Source: Oikopleura dioica
Lineage: Eukaryota > Animalia > Chordata
Assembly: GCA_907165135.1 (NCBI GenBank)
Contig: OU015566.1
Coordinates: 7,750,001-7,814,000, forward strand
Reading direction: 5' to 3'
Length of the DNA stretch: 64,000 bases
In this document: positions 49,566 through 61,147 of the stretch, in pieces
Layout: each line of letters starts with the position of its first letter
Numbering within the stretch: position 1 is the stretch's first letter
Notes under the pieces: generated by a model
Databases searched by the model: none
Seen by the model: the letters and a program-made list of their open reading frames with translations, nothing else
What the model was told of the DNA's origin: nothing
Made by a program: the position numbers and the translations under genes

Positions 49566-50097
49566 ATGGAAAGCGAAGCGCTTGCAAGAAAATTGGTGCG
49601 AAGAGCGAGGGAAGCTATGGTTCTTGTTGAAAATTTACAGTATGACATTGAAAACAATGACAAACCGGCGAAATTGGAAATGCTCGAAAGTGTAAGTTTC
49701 AATTCTCTTTGCCAATGAAGAAAGTAATTTAGCTTCTCTCTAATAATCTTCAAGCTCAAGCATCAATAAGAAAACAGGAATGAAACAAAATCTATTAAAA
49801 TAAAATCAGCAGAAAATGCGATTCGGTTCCTTCGAAAAGCTAGAAACTTGCGACGACGAACAAAACGCAGATATGGACATCAGCTTCGAGCACCCTCAAC
49901 CTGCAAATTACACATCGATCGGCTCAATTCAACTGGAAAAGGTTCTAGCAAAGAAGCCGAGTTTATCTCTCCAAACCGAGGAGGAACTATCCGCAATGAC
50001 CGAGATCGCGAAAAGTGTTGCTACAAAACTCGGCCATTTCGATGAGTTCGACGAGAGCGAGTCCTCAGATGAGGCACGGGCTTCAATAATCAAATAA
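49566..50097 (+). CDS. Small uncharacterised two-exon protein
   Basis: Exon 49566-49691 (MESEALARKLVRRAREAMVLVENLQYDIE..) GT/AG-joined in phase 0 to 49813-50097. Confidence 0.6.
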
Positions 50098-50644
50098 ACA
50101 AGTATTTTAAACTAGTCTCAGAAGCCCGAAAAAGTCATTGATCACTGGGACAGATACGTACTCCAAAATCCAGAGCTTGGATCAGAGCTCGAAACAGTCA
50201 AAAGGATCAAAAGAAACTCGTCAAAAATAAAAAATGTTTGTCATTAAATTGTCTAAAGCATTTATTAATAATATTACATGTATGGTATCATTTTCAGACT
50301 CTCAAACAGAAACAAATAAAAAAAAACACATATTTTTTAAAATCGTGATAAAATCTCATAAATGGACAATTCACAAGTTGTTTCGTGAGACCAGAAGGTG
50401 GCGATTGAGTTTAAAAAATAAATATTTAAAATAATTAATAAATGAAATAATAATTGAAGAATTCACTTTTTTTAAGTGTGAGTCAGGCAGATTGGAGAAG
50501 TAGAAAAAATAGTACTAGGTGCCTGGTGAAAGTACTGTAAATTGAGTGTACCGGTCTTCTTTCTTTTTTTGGTTGAGTGACAGTTGTGCTGGGTGAGGTT
50601 TTCAAAAAGATTGGCGCAAAGAAAAAGATCCATTGAGAATGAAG

Positions 50645-53071
50645 TTAAATAAGGCCGGCCATTCGCATCATCGGATTGGCGTACATCATCGGTTGACATG
50701 GCGGGTGCTCGACGGCTTTGAACTCGTTGGGAATCGGGACCAGATTGTTGTCGGGTCGAATGGTAAGATAGGCTCCGTCGTTGCCTCTTTGATCGCAGTA
50801 ATTGGGCGCTTGGAATAAATTATAAACAATTCTATCAAGCGATTTCCTACCTGAGAAGATAGTCCAGCACTTTCCATTGTGCGCAGACTCCCAACCCTTT
50901 TCCTTCACTTCGTGCGATCTGATGATGTAGTCTAGTCCGTTCTGTTTGCAAAACTCGGCAGTGATATCGGGACCGAACTGTGCAGAAGTGCCTCGTTTCG
51001 AGGTTCCACGACCAGGCGCATCTTGAGGATCGGCCCACAGAAGATCTGTCAATGTTCCTGGAAAGAAGAATTCAAATGACTTTTGAAAGGAGGGATTTTA
51101 CCGGCTTCGCCTGGCTCGCAGAATCTATCGAGCTTTCTGATGTCGTCGAGTTCGATATTGTCAACCATTGGAAGACCGCCATGCATTACCAGGACTCGTT
51201 TATTGATAAGATACGCGACGGGGAGCGACTGGAAGAGCGTCTGGAATGTTCGGAAAGCATTTGGACCGACTAGGACCAAAATAAAATAACAACAAAATCT
51301 GATTGAGTACCTTTATGCTTGACTTCTCCTTCAAAGCCATAAAGCTCGTTCATGTTCTTTGTTTCGTGATTTCCACGAGTCAAATACATGCACTTGGGAT
51401 CGTGCAGCCACCATCCGAGGAGAGTCATGAACACTTCAAGACCCCATGATCCACGGTCGACGAAATCACCGTTGAACAAATACGGATTCTCGGGAGAAGG
51501 AGGACCATTCAACTTGAAAATATTGCAAAGATCGTAGTACTGTCCGTGCGTGTCTCCGCAAACTGTCAGTTTACTGCAAAAAGCCGTTTTAAGAAAAATA
51601 AATAGTATGAAAATGTTTAACTTCTCAATACACGGGCGCGCGACTAAGCGCTCAAAACACGGGGTCGGGTGAGGGGACCACAATTCATTATTCAGCCCCG
51701 CGCGGCGCGCAAAATTAGGAGTGTGATAAAGAGCGCTCAAGACTTTCAGCTCTTACTTGCGTTTCCGGCAAGCAAAAAAGTTACAATACATATCGCTGGA
51801 AAGCTTGAACACTCAGCTATCAAGATTAACAATTACTTTTGAAAAACACTTTTTGGATTTTCAGCTGCAGAGTCAAAGATAAATCCGGTGCAAAACGCCA
51901 GCACTTTTGAGAAAACTTCCGAAATTTCACAAAGTGGTTCGTTTTAGTCATCTTAGCTCACATTACAAAAATCATGTCAAATGGATTATCACCAGAGAAA
52001 TTACGGTGGCTCAAAGTCGCCGTGGTCGGTTCAACCGACCACGTGTATTGAGAAGTTAAGCTCTTACCCATCGTCTGGAACAGAAATATCAATCATCGTC
52101 GGCAGCTTTCGGAACTTTTCCAGCGCAATAGTGAGCATGTGGAAGATATATCTCTTGTGAAGCTCTTTCTGCGCTTTGAAGGTGGTTTCCAGCTGTTCCA
52201 TAAACTCAACTGTTGGCTGGCAGTTTTCGTTGAGTCGAGGGCCTTTGTATGAGTCAGAAACCTACCAAAAAAGGATGAAGCAAAGCCGAGATAATTGATA
52301 TTTACCGTGATGTTCTCATAATTTGTCAGTGGGGCTTCCTCCTTCTCTTCCGATGCGATTGCTCTTTCGAAAGCTCTCTGTTTTACAATCTGAAAACTCC
52401 CATAAATCCCCGTTTCTCACAACAAACATTTAAATAAATTGATCACCAGTAGGTCAACTCTAATTTGAGACGGATCTCTCAGAGAGTCTCTCTTCGGCTT
52501 TTTTTCGGTCGAAAATTTGAATTTTTTCATTATAAAAGAGCACCTTTCTACACTCTGTCACTTTCTTGCGCACATCGGGATCCTTTGGCTTCACTTTGAA
52601 GACGCTCTCGTAATCCTTTAGCGCCTTGGAGAACTGACCCATTGCCATGTTCGCTGAGGCACGTCGGTAATAGCCCTTGATGTACTTTGGATCGCACTCG
52701 ATTGCTGAAAGCAAGGATCAATGGAAGAGGAGAATTTCTCCGAATTTACCTCGGCCGGCATCTTCCAAAGCAGCGCCGAATGACTCTGTTTTTAAATAGG
52801 CGAAACTTCTGTTCGAATACAAAACAGCTTCAATAGAGGTTTTCAACCTATATTTTCTCTCCTTCACACTAGGCTCAGCAACCTGTCAAGAAAACCTGAG
52901 TCAGGTGTGTGAAAGATGTGCCCGGTTTTTAAAGTCGTATGATAAAAGACCTTTTCCTGATGTTCCATCAACTTCAATAGCTTTCGAGTACAATTCTAGC
53001 GCTCTTTCGTAATCTTTATTTTTGAACACTTCATTTGCTTGATTTTTCAGCTCTTCCGCGGCGGGATCCAT
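50645..53071 (-). CDS. PPP5C: Serine/threonine protein phosphatase 5 (TPR domain + PPP catalytic domain)
   Basis: TPR ([33 protein letters not shown]), [43 protein letters not shown]; about 9 exons traced. Confidence 0.97.
51621..52055. mobile_element. TTAA-target MITE filling most of a PP5 intron
   Basis: TTAA 51617-51620 and 52056-52059; perfect 14-bp TIR CTTCTCAATACACG; subterminal 11-bp hairpin CGTGGTCGGTT-C-AACCGACCACG (52021-52043). Confidence 0.8.
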
Positions 53072-53395
53072 TCTTCAAAATTGACAGTTTTTAGTCAAAA
53101 AACAATATTGAAAATTGAAACATGGACTGTATTACAGAAGAACATTTAGTAGTCGGGAAAAAAGGTGAGAAAAAAGAGGCGTGTTGAGTAAGGGCCTGAA
53201 CTGATGATTTTTAAGCAGAGCCGAGTAAATAATTTGATTTCAAATTGAAGATAAAAATGAATATGAATTTTGAACTTCGTTAATAAAAGAGAAAGAGAGG
53301 GAGAGGTTCAGGTGAAGAGGTTTTTCAGGAAGAAGAAGTTCCGGAATCGTTCAAGCTCTGAATCGATCAATTATAAAATCTTGAAATAATGGAAA

Positions 53396-54565
53396 TTAGC
53401 ATACATCGATCAGTTCCCAGAAGCCGTCGGACTTTCGCTTGTATTTTCTGACTTTGTTCTGGAAAATCGTCTCTAATGGCTCAGGATGCTGCATGATCAC
53501 TTTTATGGCTTCTTTGGTGCAGTGCGCGAAATCGGGCTTTTCAACGTTAGGAGATGTAGAGAGGTATTGACGGATGAGCGCATCTTTTCGAAATTATTCA
53601 TGAAAAATGATGATTTTGGAAGATTTACCGGGAAGAAGATAATATTTTTCAGCGTTAGGCCAGGCTTGGTAATCGAAGGGACCAATTTGAAGCTCGTGAT
53701 TTTGGTAGTCGTAGATGTTGAGACAGTCGCCCGTTCCACGGAAAAGTCTGGCAGTGCGGATTGGAATATCTGGGCCTTTGTACATGAACTTGGCTGGAAA
53801 GCTAAATTTAGTGTTTGCGTTGGTGCGCTAGAAAAGCAGAACGAACCAGTAGCCTCCGTGAACTTCTATGGCGACTCCATACAAAATCGGGCGCGGTCGA
53901 TTTGCGAAATATTCAGTGTTCTGGGAGAGGACGCACAAGCTGTTCAAATATATCTGAATTTCGGTTCTTCATTAATTCAATCTTTCAAACTACTTTTTCT
54001 GGTCGTTTTGTGCACGCGCGGAGGATACCTTCGGTAACTTCTAGTGAGCAATCTTCCTCGTCTGCGTACCCTCCGATCACATGAATTTCCAGGCGGCCGA
54101 GGGAGTCGTCTTTTGGATTCGTCAACGCCTGTCAAAGAAATTAAAGTCCAATTTTTCTCAGTATAAGGGTACCTGCGTTGACATGATCATAGATGCAATG
54201 GCTTCATCTGTATTTGACCCGTCTAAATGGCTGAGGCAGACTGCTCGGCTGCCCGTATGCCGCACACAAACGATATTGCAGGTTGTGGCGTTGTCTGTGC
54301 CGATGTACTAAAGGGAATTTTCAATATTTTGATAGACAAAGTATCTCTTTACTTTAGTCATTTCATCTTCCGGCACAGTGGCGGCAAACTCCCGCTGATT
54401 GACATAAAGAACTCCTGGCGCTCCGAGTCGCGTTTCTGGCAGTTTTACAAGCTGCTGCGAGTCTTTGACATATTCAGGGAAGTTTTCGTAAATAAGCTCT
54501 GGATCGACGATTTCTTTTTCTTCAATAAAGCGACATTTCGCTCCTTTTCCCACGCACAAAACCAT
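53396..54565 (-). CDS. NTAN1: Protein N-terminal asparagine amidohydrolase
   Basis: GVLYVNQREFAAT, IGTDNATTCNIV (catalytic Cys), CLSHLDG, GRLEIHVIGG, PILYGVA, GPDIPIRTAR, YLSTSPNVEKPDF. Confidence 0.93.
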
Positions 54566-55242
54566 TAATCTAGAAACAACGAAATCTTTAGTTGCGTGGG
54601 CTTAAAATTTGACAAATCTTATTGGCTGCCTGCTCCGATGTCTCAAGCTTACTGAAGCCTAACTCATCGGATCTAACGGTTTCTTGATAATCTAATAATA
54701 TTAAATGATGCCGAAATTTCCTGCAGGTAGGCGCTTGATGAAAGAATTTTTGAACACTGATTTTGGTTTATTACTTCATATCAATTCATTTTGAAAGTTT
54801 TAAATTTGTGAAAGTCTAATGAAAACAAAGAAGAAAGGGTGAGAAATGCAGAGGAAAATAAATAAATTGCAATAATACTATCGAGCAGTAAATTTTTGAA
54901 CATATAAATTCTAGAGCGAGGATACAAGCATTCTTTGAGGCTGTGACGGTTGACTCAACATTCCATTGTGGCAGTCTTTTTCGGGATTCATTAAATTTAT
55001 GAATATAAATTTAGAATTTCAAATTTTGTTAGTGACCGTTCCACTAGAACGATCCAAATGAAACTAACAGCGGAGCATCACCGAAGATCACAACAGGAAA
55101 AGCTCCCCGCCGAGTGTTTTCTGGTGCCACCAGTTTAAAAGCGGTATTATTTAGGGATCTGCGATGCGCGTTTCCCAAGCACAGATTAACTCTCATTCAA
55201 ATGTATCGAAATCATTTAGAACATTGTACCAAGAAAACCGTA

Positions 55243-57483
55243 TCAATAAAAATAAAGCTTTATCATGAATAGCTCTGGAGATTTTCTGCTCGTAAATGAT
55301 AAATAAAACAGTTGTCTATATTTTGAGATCCTTTCCTTGACATCGTTGAGCAGGGTTTGCCTACTTTTCGTCCAGTCGCATTCTTTTATTCTCCTAATTA
55401 CGATCGGTAGGGAAACTCGATGAAAAATGAGCTTTTTTTAGGGCTTAGTAGGGAGGAAGTATAATACAGTTTTAGAAAGCCCAGGAGCTGGGGATCATTT
55501 TGACTATTGATAGTAAGGGGTTTGACTCATGCCCTGGGGCACTTTTGGCCTTCCAAAGGGCCAAATTTCTGGTACTCTTCGGATAAGGGACCGTAACTTC
55601 TAGTATCCCGGGTCTATGGAAATAAAACTTATACTCGGTTGTAGAGGAGGCTCTGACGGTTCCGAATATGTATAGAAAACCACCGGGACCCCCACCTCTA
55701 GAAGGTGCTAGAGGCTCTAGAAGTTGAGGAAGTCAACCAAAAATCGGTACTTTTTGTCAAAAAAGTGCTGGAAATGCTGTATTTTCATTCGAAATCGATT
55801 AAAATAACATTTTTGATGATTCTGTTAGATTAAAAATAAGTTTTGGGGTAATTTTGGGCTTTTTTAGGTCATCAAAAGCGAAAACTAGAATTTGCTGAAA
55901 ATTCACCTCAAATGACCTCAACTGAAATTTTTGAATATCACAAAATCGCTAGAAATTATTTTTAATCGATTTCGAATGAAAATACAACAATTCCAGCCTT
56001 TTTTAGGCAAAAAGTACCGATTTTTGGTTGACTTCCTCAACTTCTAGAGCCTCTAGCACCTTCTAGAGGTGGGGGTCCCGGTGGTTTTCTATACATATTC
56101 GGAACCGTCAGAGCCTCCTCTACAACCGAGTATAAGTTTTATTTCCATAGACCCGGGATACTAGAAGTTACGGTCCCTTATCCGAAGAGTACCAGAAATT
56201 TGGCCCTTTGGAAGGCCAAAAGTGCCCCAGGGCATGAGTCAAACCCCTTACTATCAATAGTCAAAATGATCCCCAGCTCCTGGGCTTTCTAAAACTGTAT
56301 TATACTTCCTCCCTACTAAGCCCTAAAAAAAGCTCATTTTTCATCGAGTTTCCCTAACGATCGGCATTACTTTTCCGACGGATTTCGCGTTGATCAGCAT
56401 TTGTTTCGTAACATTCGCCACGTTCACTTCTTCATTTTCTTTCCAACTTTTTCCGTGGTCCAAATTTTTATCAGCAATGGAAAGTTACGGTTAGTAAATA
56501 ACTATTCTCCGGCTACATTTCAAAAAAATAATTCAATTTTCATTTCTCAAAAGACAATCTGACTGGTTCGATCGCGCGGGCGCCCAATTAGCGCAAGCAT
56601 CGATTTCGCCATATGAAAATTCTCTTTCTAAGCCATTATGGTCTTTTTCGCGAGAAAGTAAAAACTAACGATAAACTGTAATTTGAACCCTGTCAATCAT
56701 AATCGGTCACCATTGCCATCGATGCATACTGCATTCCCATTTCTCGAGCAATTGACGCTAGAATTGCCCTTTTTATAACAGTTTTTCACGAAAACTACCT
56801 TCAGGACACGTTGTCATATTGACAATTTCTGCGTTGTAAACATTTCTAAAAACGCAAGATTCCGCAAAAGTCGAGAATCTGGGTCCTTCGATGCAAACTG
56901 TCGTTCCTCTCGTTTTGTGTTCAACCCCACTTTCGCGAAGAGACTCTATCAGAATCTCTCGTAAATCTTCATCGAATGCTGGTTTTGACGGCAGATGAAT
57001 AATTCTAAAAAACTTATAATACTCTAATATTTATCGTCTCTTTCTTACCCTCTGGGTCCTCCATTTTCGATGGCAGTTCCAACATGCGTATTCAACCTGT
57101 AACCCTTGGTCATGTCAATATAGTCTGATAAGACTACCAAATCGCCCGGCCTGTACTCCTCCTTCAAGCTTCCACAAGCTGTAGTCGCTACAATGTGCGT
57201 CACCCCGAGCCGCTTCAGTGCCCACAAGTTCGCACAATAATTCACTAAAATAGAACTTGATAAAATCCCACAAAACTATCTTACCTTGGCTGGGAGACTT
57301 GTTGTGCAATCTGCCATGTCTGGAGAGAATGAAGACCGTCTCTCCATTGACTTCTCCTTTAAAAATGGTCGAAGGGTGTCCCCAAGGCGTATTCTCTATG
57401 TTTTCTAGCTCTTCTCTGTTCGCCACGATCGTAGGGTCATCTAACCCTGTTCCGCCAATAATCGCTATCACTACTGTACTCAT
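55243..57483 (-). CDS. MTAP: 5'-methylthioadenosine phosphorylase, with a MITE inserted in a 3' coding exon (3' end approximate)
   Basis: [54 protein letters not shown](C)WKE; the C-terminal helix ([12 protein letters not shown]) lies on the far side of the 55408-56356 insertion. Confidence 0.92.
55408..56356. mobile_element. 949-bp hAT-like MITE with ~349-bp perfect TIRs and 8-bp TSD
   Basis: TSD ACGATCGG at 55400-55407 and 56357-56364; termini TAGGGAAACTCG / CGAGTTTCCCTA; arms 55408-55756 and 56008-56356 appear to be exact reverse complements, extending ~50 bp further with mismatches; no ORF. Confidence 0.95.
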
Positions 57484-58432
57484 TCTGAAATCTTTGAAAT
57501 TCAAATTGAAGTCTGTGTAATTTGAAGTTTTTAATTTATTTTGAATAAGAAATATCAATAAATTTTCATAATATTCTTAAAGGCCAGCTTAATGGGCCTA
57601 ACGGTTTCGCTATCCACATGGATACTTGGCGATTTGTCTGTTTCATTTTATTTTCTTAAAATTTTTTCTATATCATATTTTTCCGAATTATGCTCTCTCC
57701 TCAAAGGTCGTTTCTGTCGTCTCTTCAGGGGCCCAGACTGCTCTCTATCATCATCGGCAGCCTTTAAAAATTATCGTTTCATTTATCCTTCCCGTTTTCT
57801 CGGTGCATCGGCGAATCTGGCCATATATAGTGAAACCAATGTCGCTTAGCCGGGACCGACCGAGTCGTGAGTCAAACTCACTGAAAAATTACATCATTAG
57901 CTTAGTTCTAAGCTCTGCTCAGAGTTGAGTCAGTAGCCTAAGGAATCGGACGGGCCGGGGGCAAAACCTCTTGTTTCTATTTTAAGTTTTTAAATAATAG
58001 ATGGAGTAGTATGACCTTGTAACCTCGGATCATCGTGTGCCTCTTTGACTTTTCCTTGCCTATTTGATTGTAATTTATTTAGAATGCAAACATGTTTGTA
58101 CAGTCAGAGAATCAGTCGCCTGATGAAATCTGCAGAGATGAAGAGTGTGACTCTTACCAAACTATTGATCGCTTCTGAATTCGTTTTTCAATTCCAATGA
58201 GATCAAGAATCAAGAGCGATGATCGTGAACTTGAGCTGCTGGAGGCGATTGTTGCGCTCGTTAAAACCTCCAAGAGCGCGCGGCAAAGCTCAAAAAGGCT
58301 CTCTCCCCACAGCTGATGAGTACTACCGAACCAAATAACAACAGTCAAGTGTGAAGAAAACCCACGCGAGCCCGGTGCTTTTGTCCCTTTTCAACCCCCT
58401 TTTTGTTTTATGAAATCGAGATTTGAACAAAA

Positions 58433-60957
58433 ATGAGAGGATCGAAATGTCTGGTAACGATAATTTCCGCGACTTCTGCCGGAGATTACTCGCCCTACGA
58501 TACCCATTATGCCCAGGGAATTCATGCGTATGAGAATGTAAGGCTTCTACCCTCGTATTGTTATAAAAAGTTATTTACAGGAAAACTGGACCGAGGCAAT
58601 AACCGAATTCGAACGAGCAATAGAAGAGAGAAACCGTTATTTAGAAGCAAAGGTGCATTGCTCAATCGATAGCTGTGGAAACATCACCGGCGATTCCCTA
58701 AAGTCCCTTTCCATCGGATCCGGCTTTAGTCAATACGTCATCGCTCGCGGGCTCTGTCTTTACAAATGTATGTCTGAGGCGATTGGGAAGAAATACGTCG
58801 ATTGGAGGATTTTACCTTCGGTGGATGAAGAATTTCAAGCTCGCCTGCCGTACCAGTATCTCAATGTCGCCTATTTCAAAAGTGGAAACATCAGAAAAGC
58901 GTTGGAAACTGCCTTTACTTTCTTCAACGCTGATCCTTCCGATCCAGGTGATTTTCACCCCTCTTTCTTCTTTCATATCATCTTTTTAGAGATGCAGGAT
59001 ACCCTGGCTTTTTACCAAGAAATGGAAGAAGTTGACGACTCCATGTTTGTCGATATAGAAAATCCAGAGCATCTAAAGCACTACGAAATCGCCCAGTCAG
59101 TTTATCAGCTCGAAGATTATCCTCAAGCGATTTCCGAATTCGAGCAAAGCCTTCATTGGTACTGGGACAGTATGGACGAATGCAGAGCGCTCTGCGATGC
59201 TCCGTTTGATTTCGGCGACGATTATCCAGACGAGCTGCCAAATTATCATCTTTTCCAGACAAAAATGGTTGCACAGCTACTCGAATGCCGGCTCAAGTGC
59301 GTCAAACAAATGGAACTGCCATGCGGCCGGTACCATCGTCGGTCGAACAGCGATCTTCTGCCGATTCATTACCATTATTTGATGTTTGCTTATCACGAAA
59401 TCGGGGATGATCCAAAGGCGGCTTCGATGGCAAAGACATATCTGACATTTCATCCTGACAATGAGCCTATGCAGATAAATATACAGTTCTTCGATCAGGA
59501 AGTTTACGAAGCTGCACAGCCAGAAGAAAAAGCCGTCAAGTTTCACAAAAAACTCATGCGAGAAGTAAAAATGCTCGAATACCTTGAACATCACTTTGGC
59601 CCGACATATGGGTTCAAATACGACTATGCCTTGCTCACGCCCTTTCCCGACGAAATGTTTTTCGAAGCGGAAGATGAGCGGCTTATGAATGAAGATATCG
59701 GAGATATTGACGAGAACTCGCAAACTCCCTGGGATCCTGAGAACGAGGTCAAAGATCCGCCGACTTTTGGACCATCTTATGATACTCCCTTCCCTACTGG
59801 TGCTGAAATGTAAGTTACTTTGATATTAAAATGCGCTGATAATACCTCTTCTTAGAGGTTACGAATCGGTGGCGGAGAAAATCGATGATCTTCTTTTCGA
59901 CCCCCTTGCGGAACCTGACAAAGTGAAACAGGTCGATACCGTTCACGGAAAACTGCCGTATTACTCTGCTGGTGATGAGAAATTCGGATATGTCGTGCGA
60001 GATTCGCCGAAATATAGCGTTTTTGACGATGGGCCAGCTGTGAATGCAGAAGGACCAGTCGCTGATGGAGCTGTTTTGAAGCAAAACTCGACACGTATTT
60101 GTTCTTCTATTTTTTGCATTTTCAATTGTTCTTTTAGATCTTGCGGGACCGACGAGATTTGTCATGGACGGTCTTTTATCAGATGAGCAGTGCGAGTCCT
60201 TGTATAAACTCGCTTCTTACGGTATTGTTGGAGACGGCTACGAAGGGGACAAGAAACCTCACTCAAAAGGAGAAGAGTTTGCTGGAATCAGCCTTCTCAC
60301 TGCAGCTAGATTGGCAGATATTGGAGCGGTAGAGACAGCAGCGGTTCAGCTCTATCACGACATCAATTCTAAGTTAGCAAAGATCGTCAAAGAGTATTTC
60401 AAGCTGGAGACTGATCTTTATATCGGTAAGCCTAGTCCTGATTCAGTTTTGGAGTTGACTTTCTTCATCTAGATTTCATTCATCTGGTTTGTCGAGATCC
60501 GAAGGATGAAAAAACGACCGACGAAGATGGGAACATCATTCTTTCGCACCCAGTCCACCCCGACAACTGTCTCTACCTCCCCGACGGAACTTGCCCCCGT
60601 CGGCCGCCAGCATACGTCTGGCGAGAATACTCGGCCGTGCTCTATTTGAACGAAGACATTGAAGGAGGCGAGATCTTCTTCGCGGATCCAAGCGGCAAAT
60701 ACGCACTCGCAGGGGTCAAGCCGAAGTGCGGCCGTCTTGTTGGCTTCTGCGCCGGGACAGACTGTCTTCACGGTGTCAAAAAGCTCACCGGAGGCAAACG
60801 TTGCGCCTTGCCTATTTGGTACACGACGAGAAAAGAGAAAGAAGATTTCACGCTCGAAGATGCTCGTGCGATTCTCAAAAGACTCAATTCTAGCTCTGCA
60901 TCAAACACAGATTCTGACAGTTCTGAAAAAATGCCCTCTGAAAAAACTGAACTCTAA
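58433..60957 (+). CDS. P3H1: Prolyl 3-hydroxylase (leprecan family), ER-resident
   Basis: Signal peptide, CRTAP-like N-terminus (YQYLNVAYFK), FVMDGLLSDEQC, GDGYEG, HPVHPDNC (HxD), YSAVLYLN, KPKCGRLVGF, HGVK, C-terminal KTEL. Confidence 0.92.
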
Positions 60958-61147
60958 GTAAAAAAAATGAAAAAAAGACTAGAAATATTGAAAAGCAAAT
61001 AAATTAAAAACGTCTGTACAAAATGCTGAAAGAAATGAGAGATCTTCTGTTATGAATCATTATAATCGACCGATCAATTTGAATTGCCTTCGGTAAATGA
61101 GAGTCAGTAAAGTGGCAGGCTGTGAACACTTTTTTTCAGAAAATGGG

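Noticed and set aside
55289-55335. Putative extra GA-AG intron near the MTAP C-terminus with an 8/13 end match in the 2+6 register
   Set aside because: The correct downstream frame cannot be determined from sequence alone, so it was not counted as evidence.
56693-56695. TGA aligned with the conserved Cys of MTAP (DYD-U): a possible selenocysteine
   Set aside because: It needs a GG donor adding an extra His, I identified no SECIS, and I know of no MTAP selenoprotein. A TIR-bounded intron starting inside this codon explains it more simply.
57592-58320. Short ORFs between MTAP and P3H
   Set aside because: No consistent splice chain or homology; likely a bidirectional promoter/UTR region.
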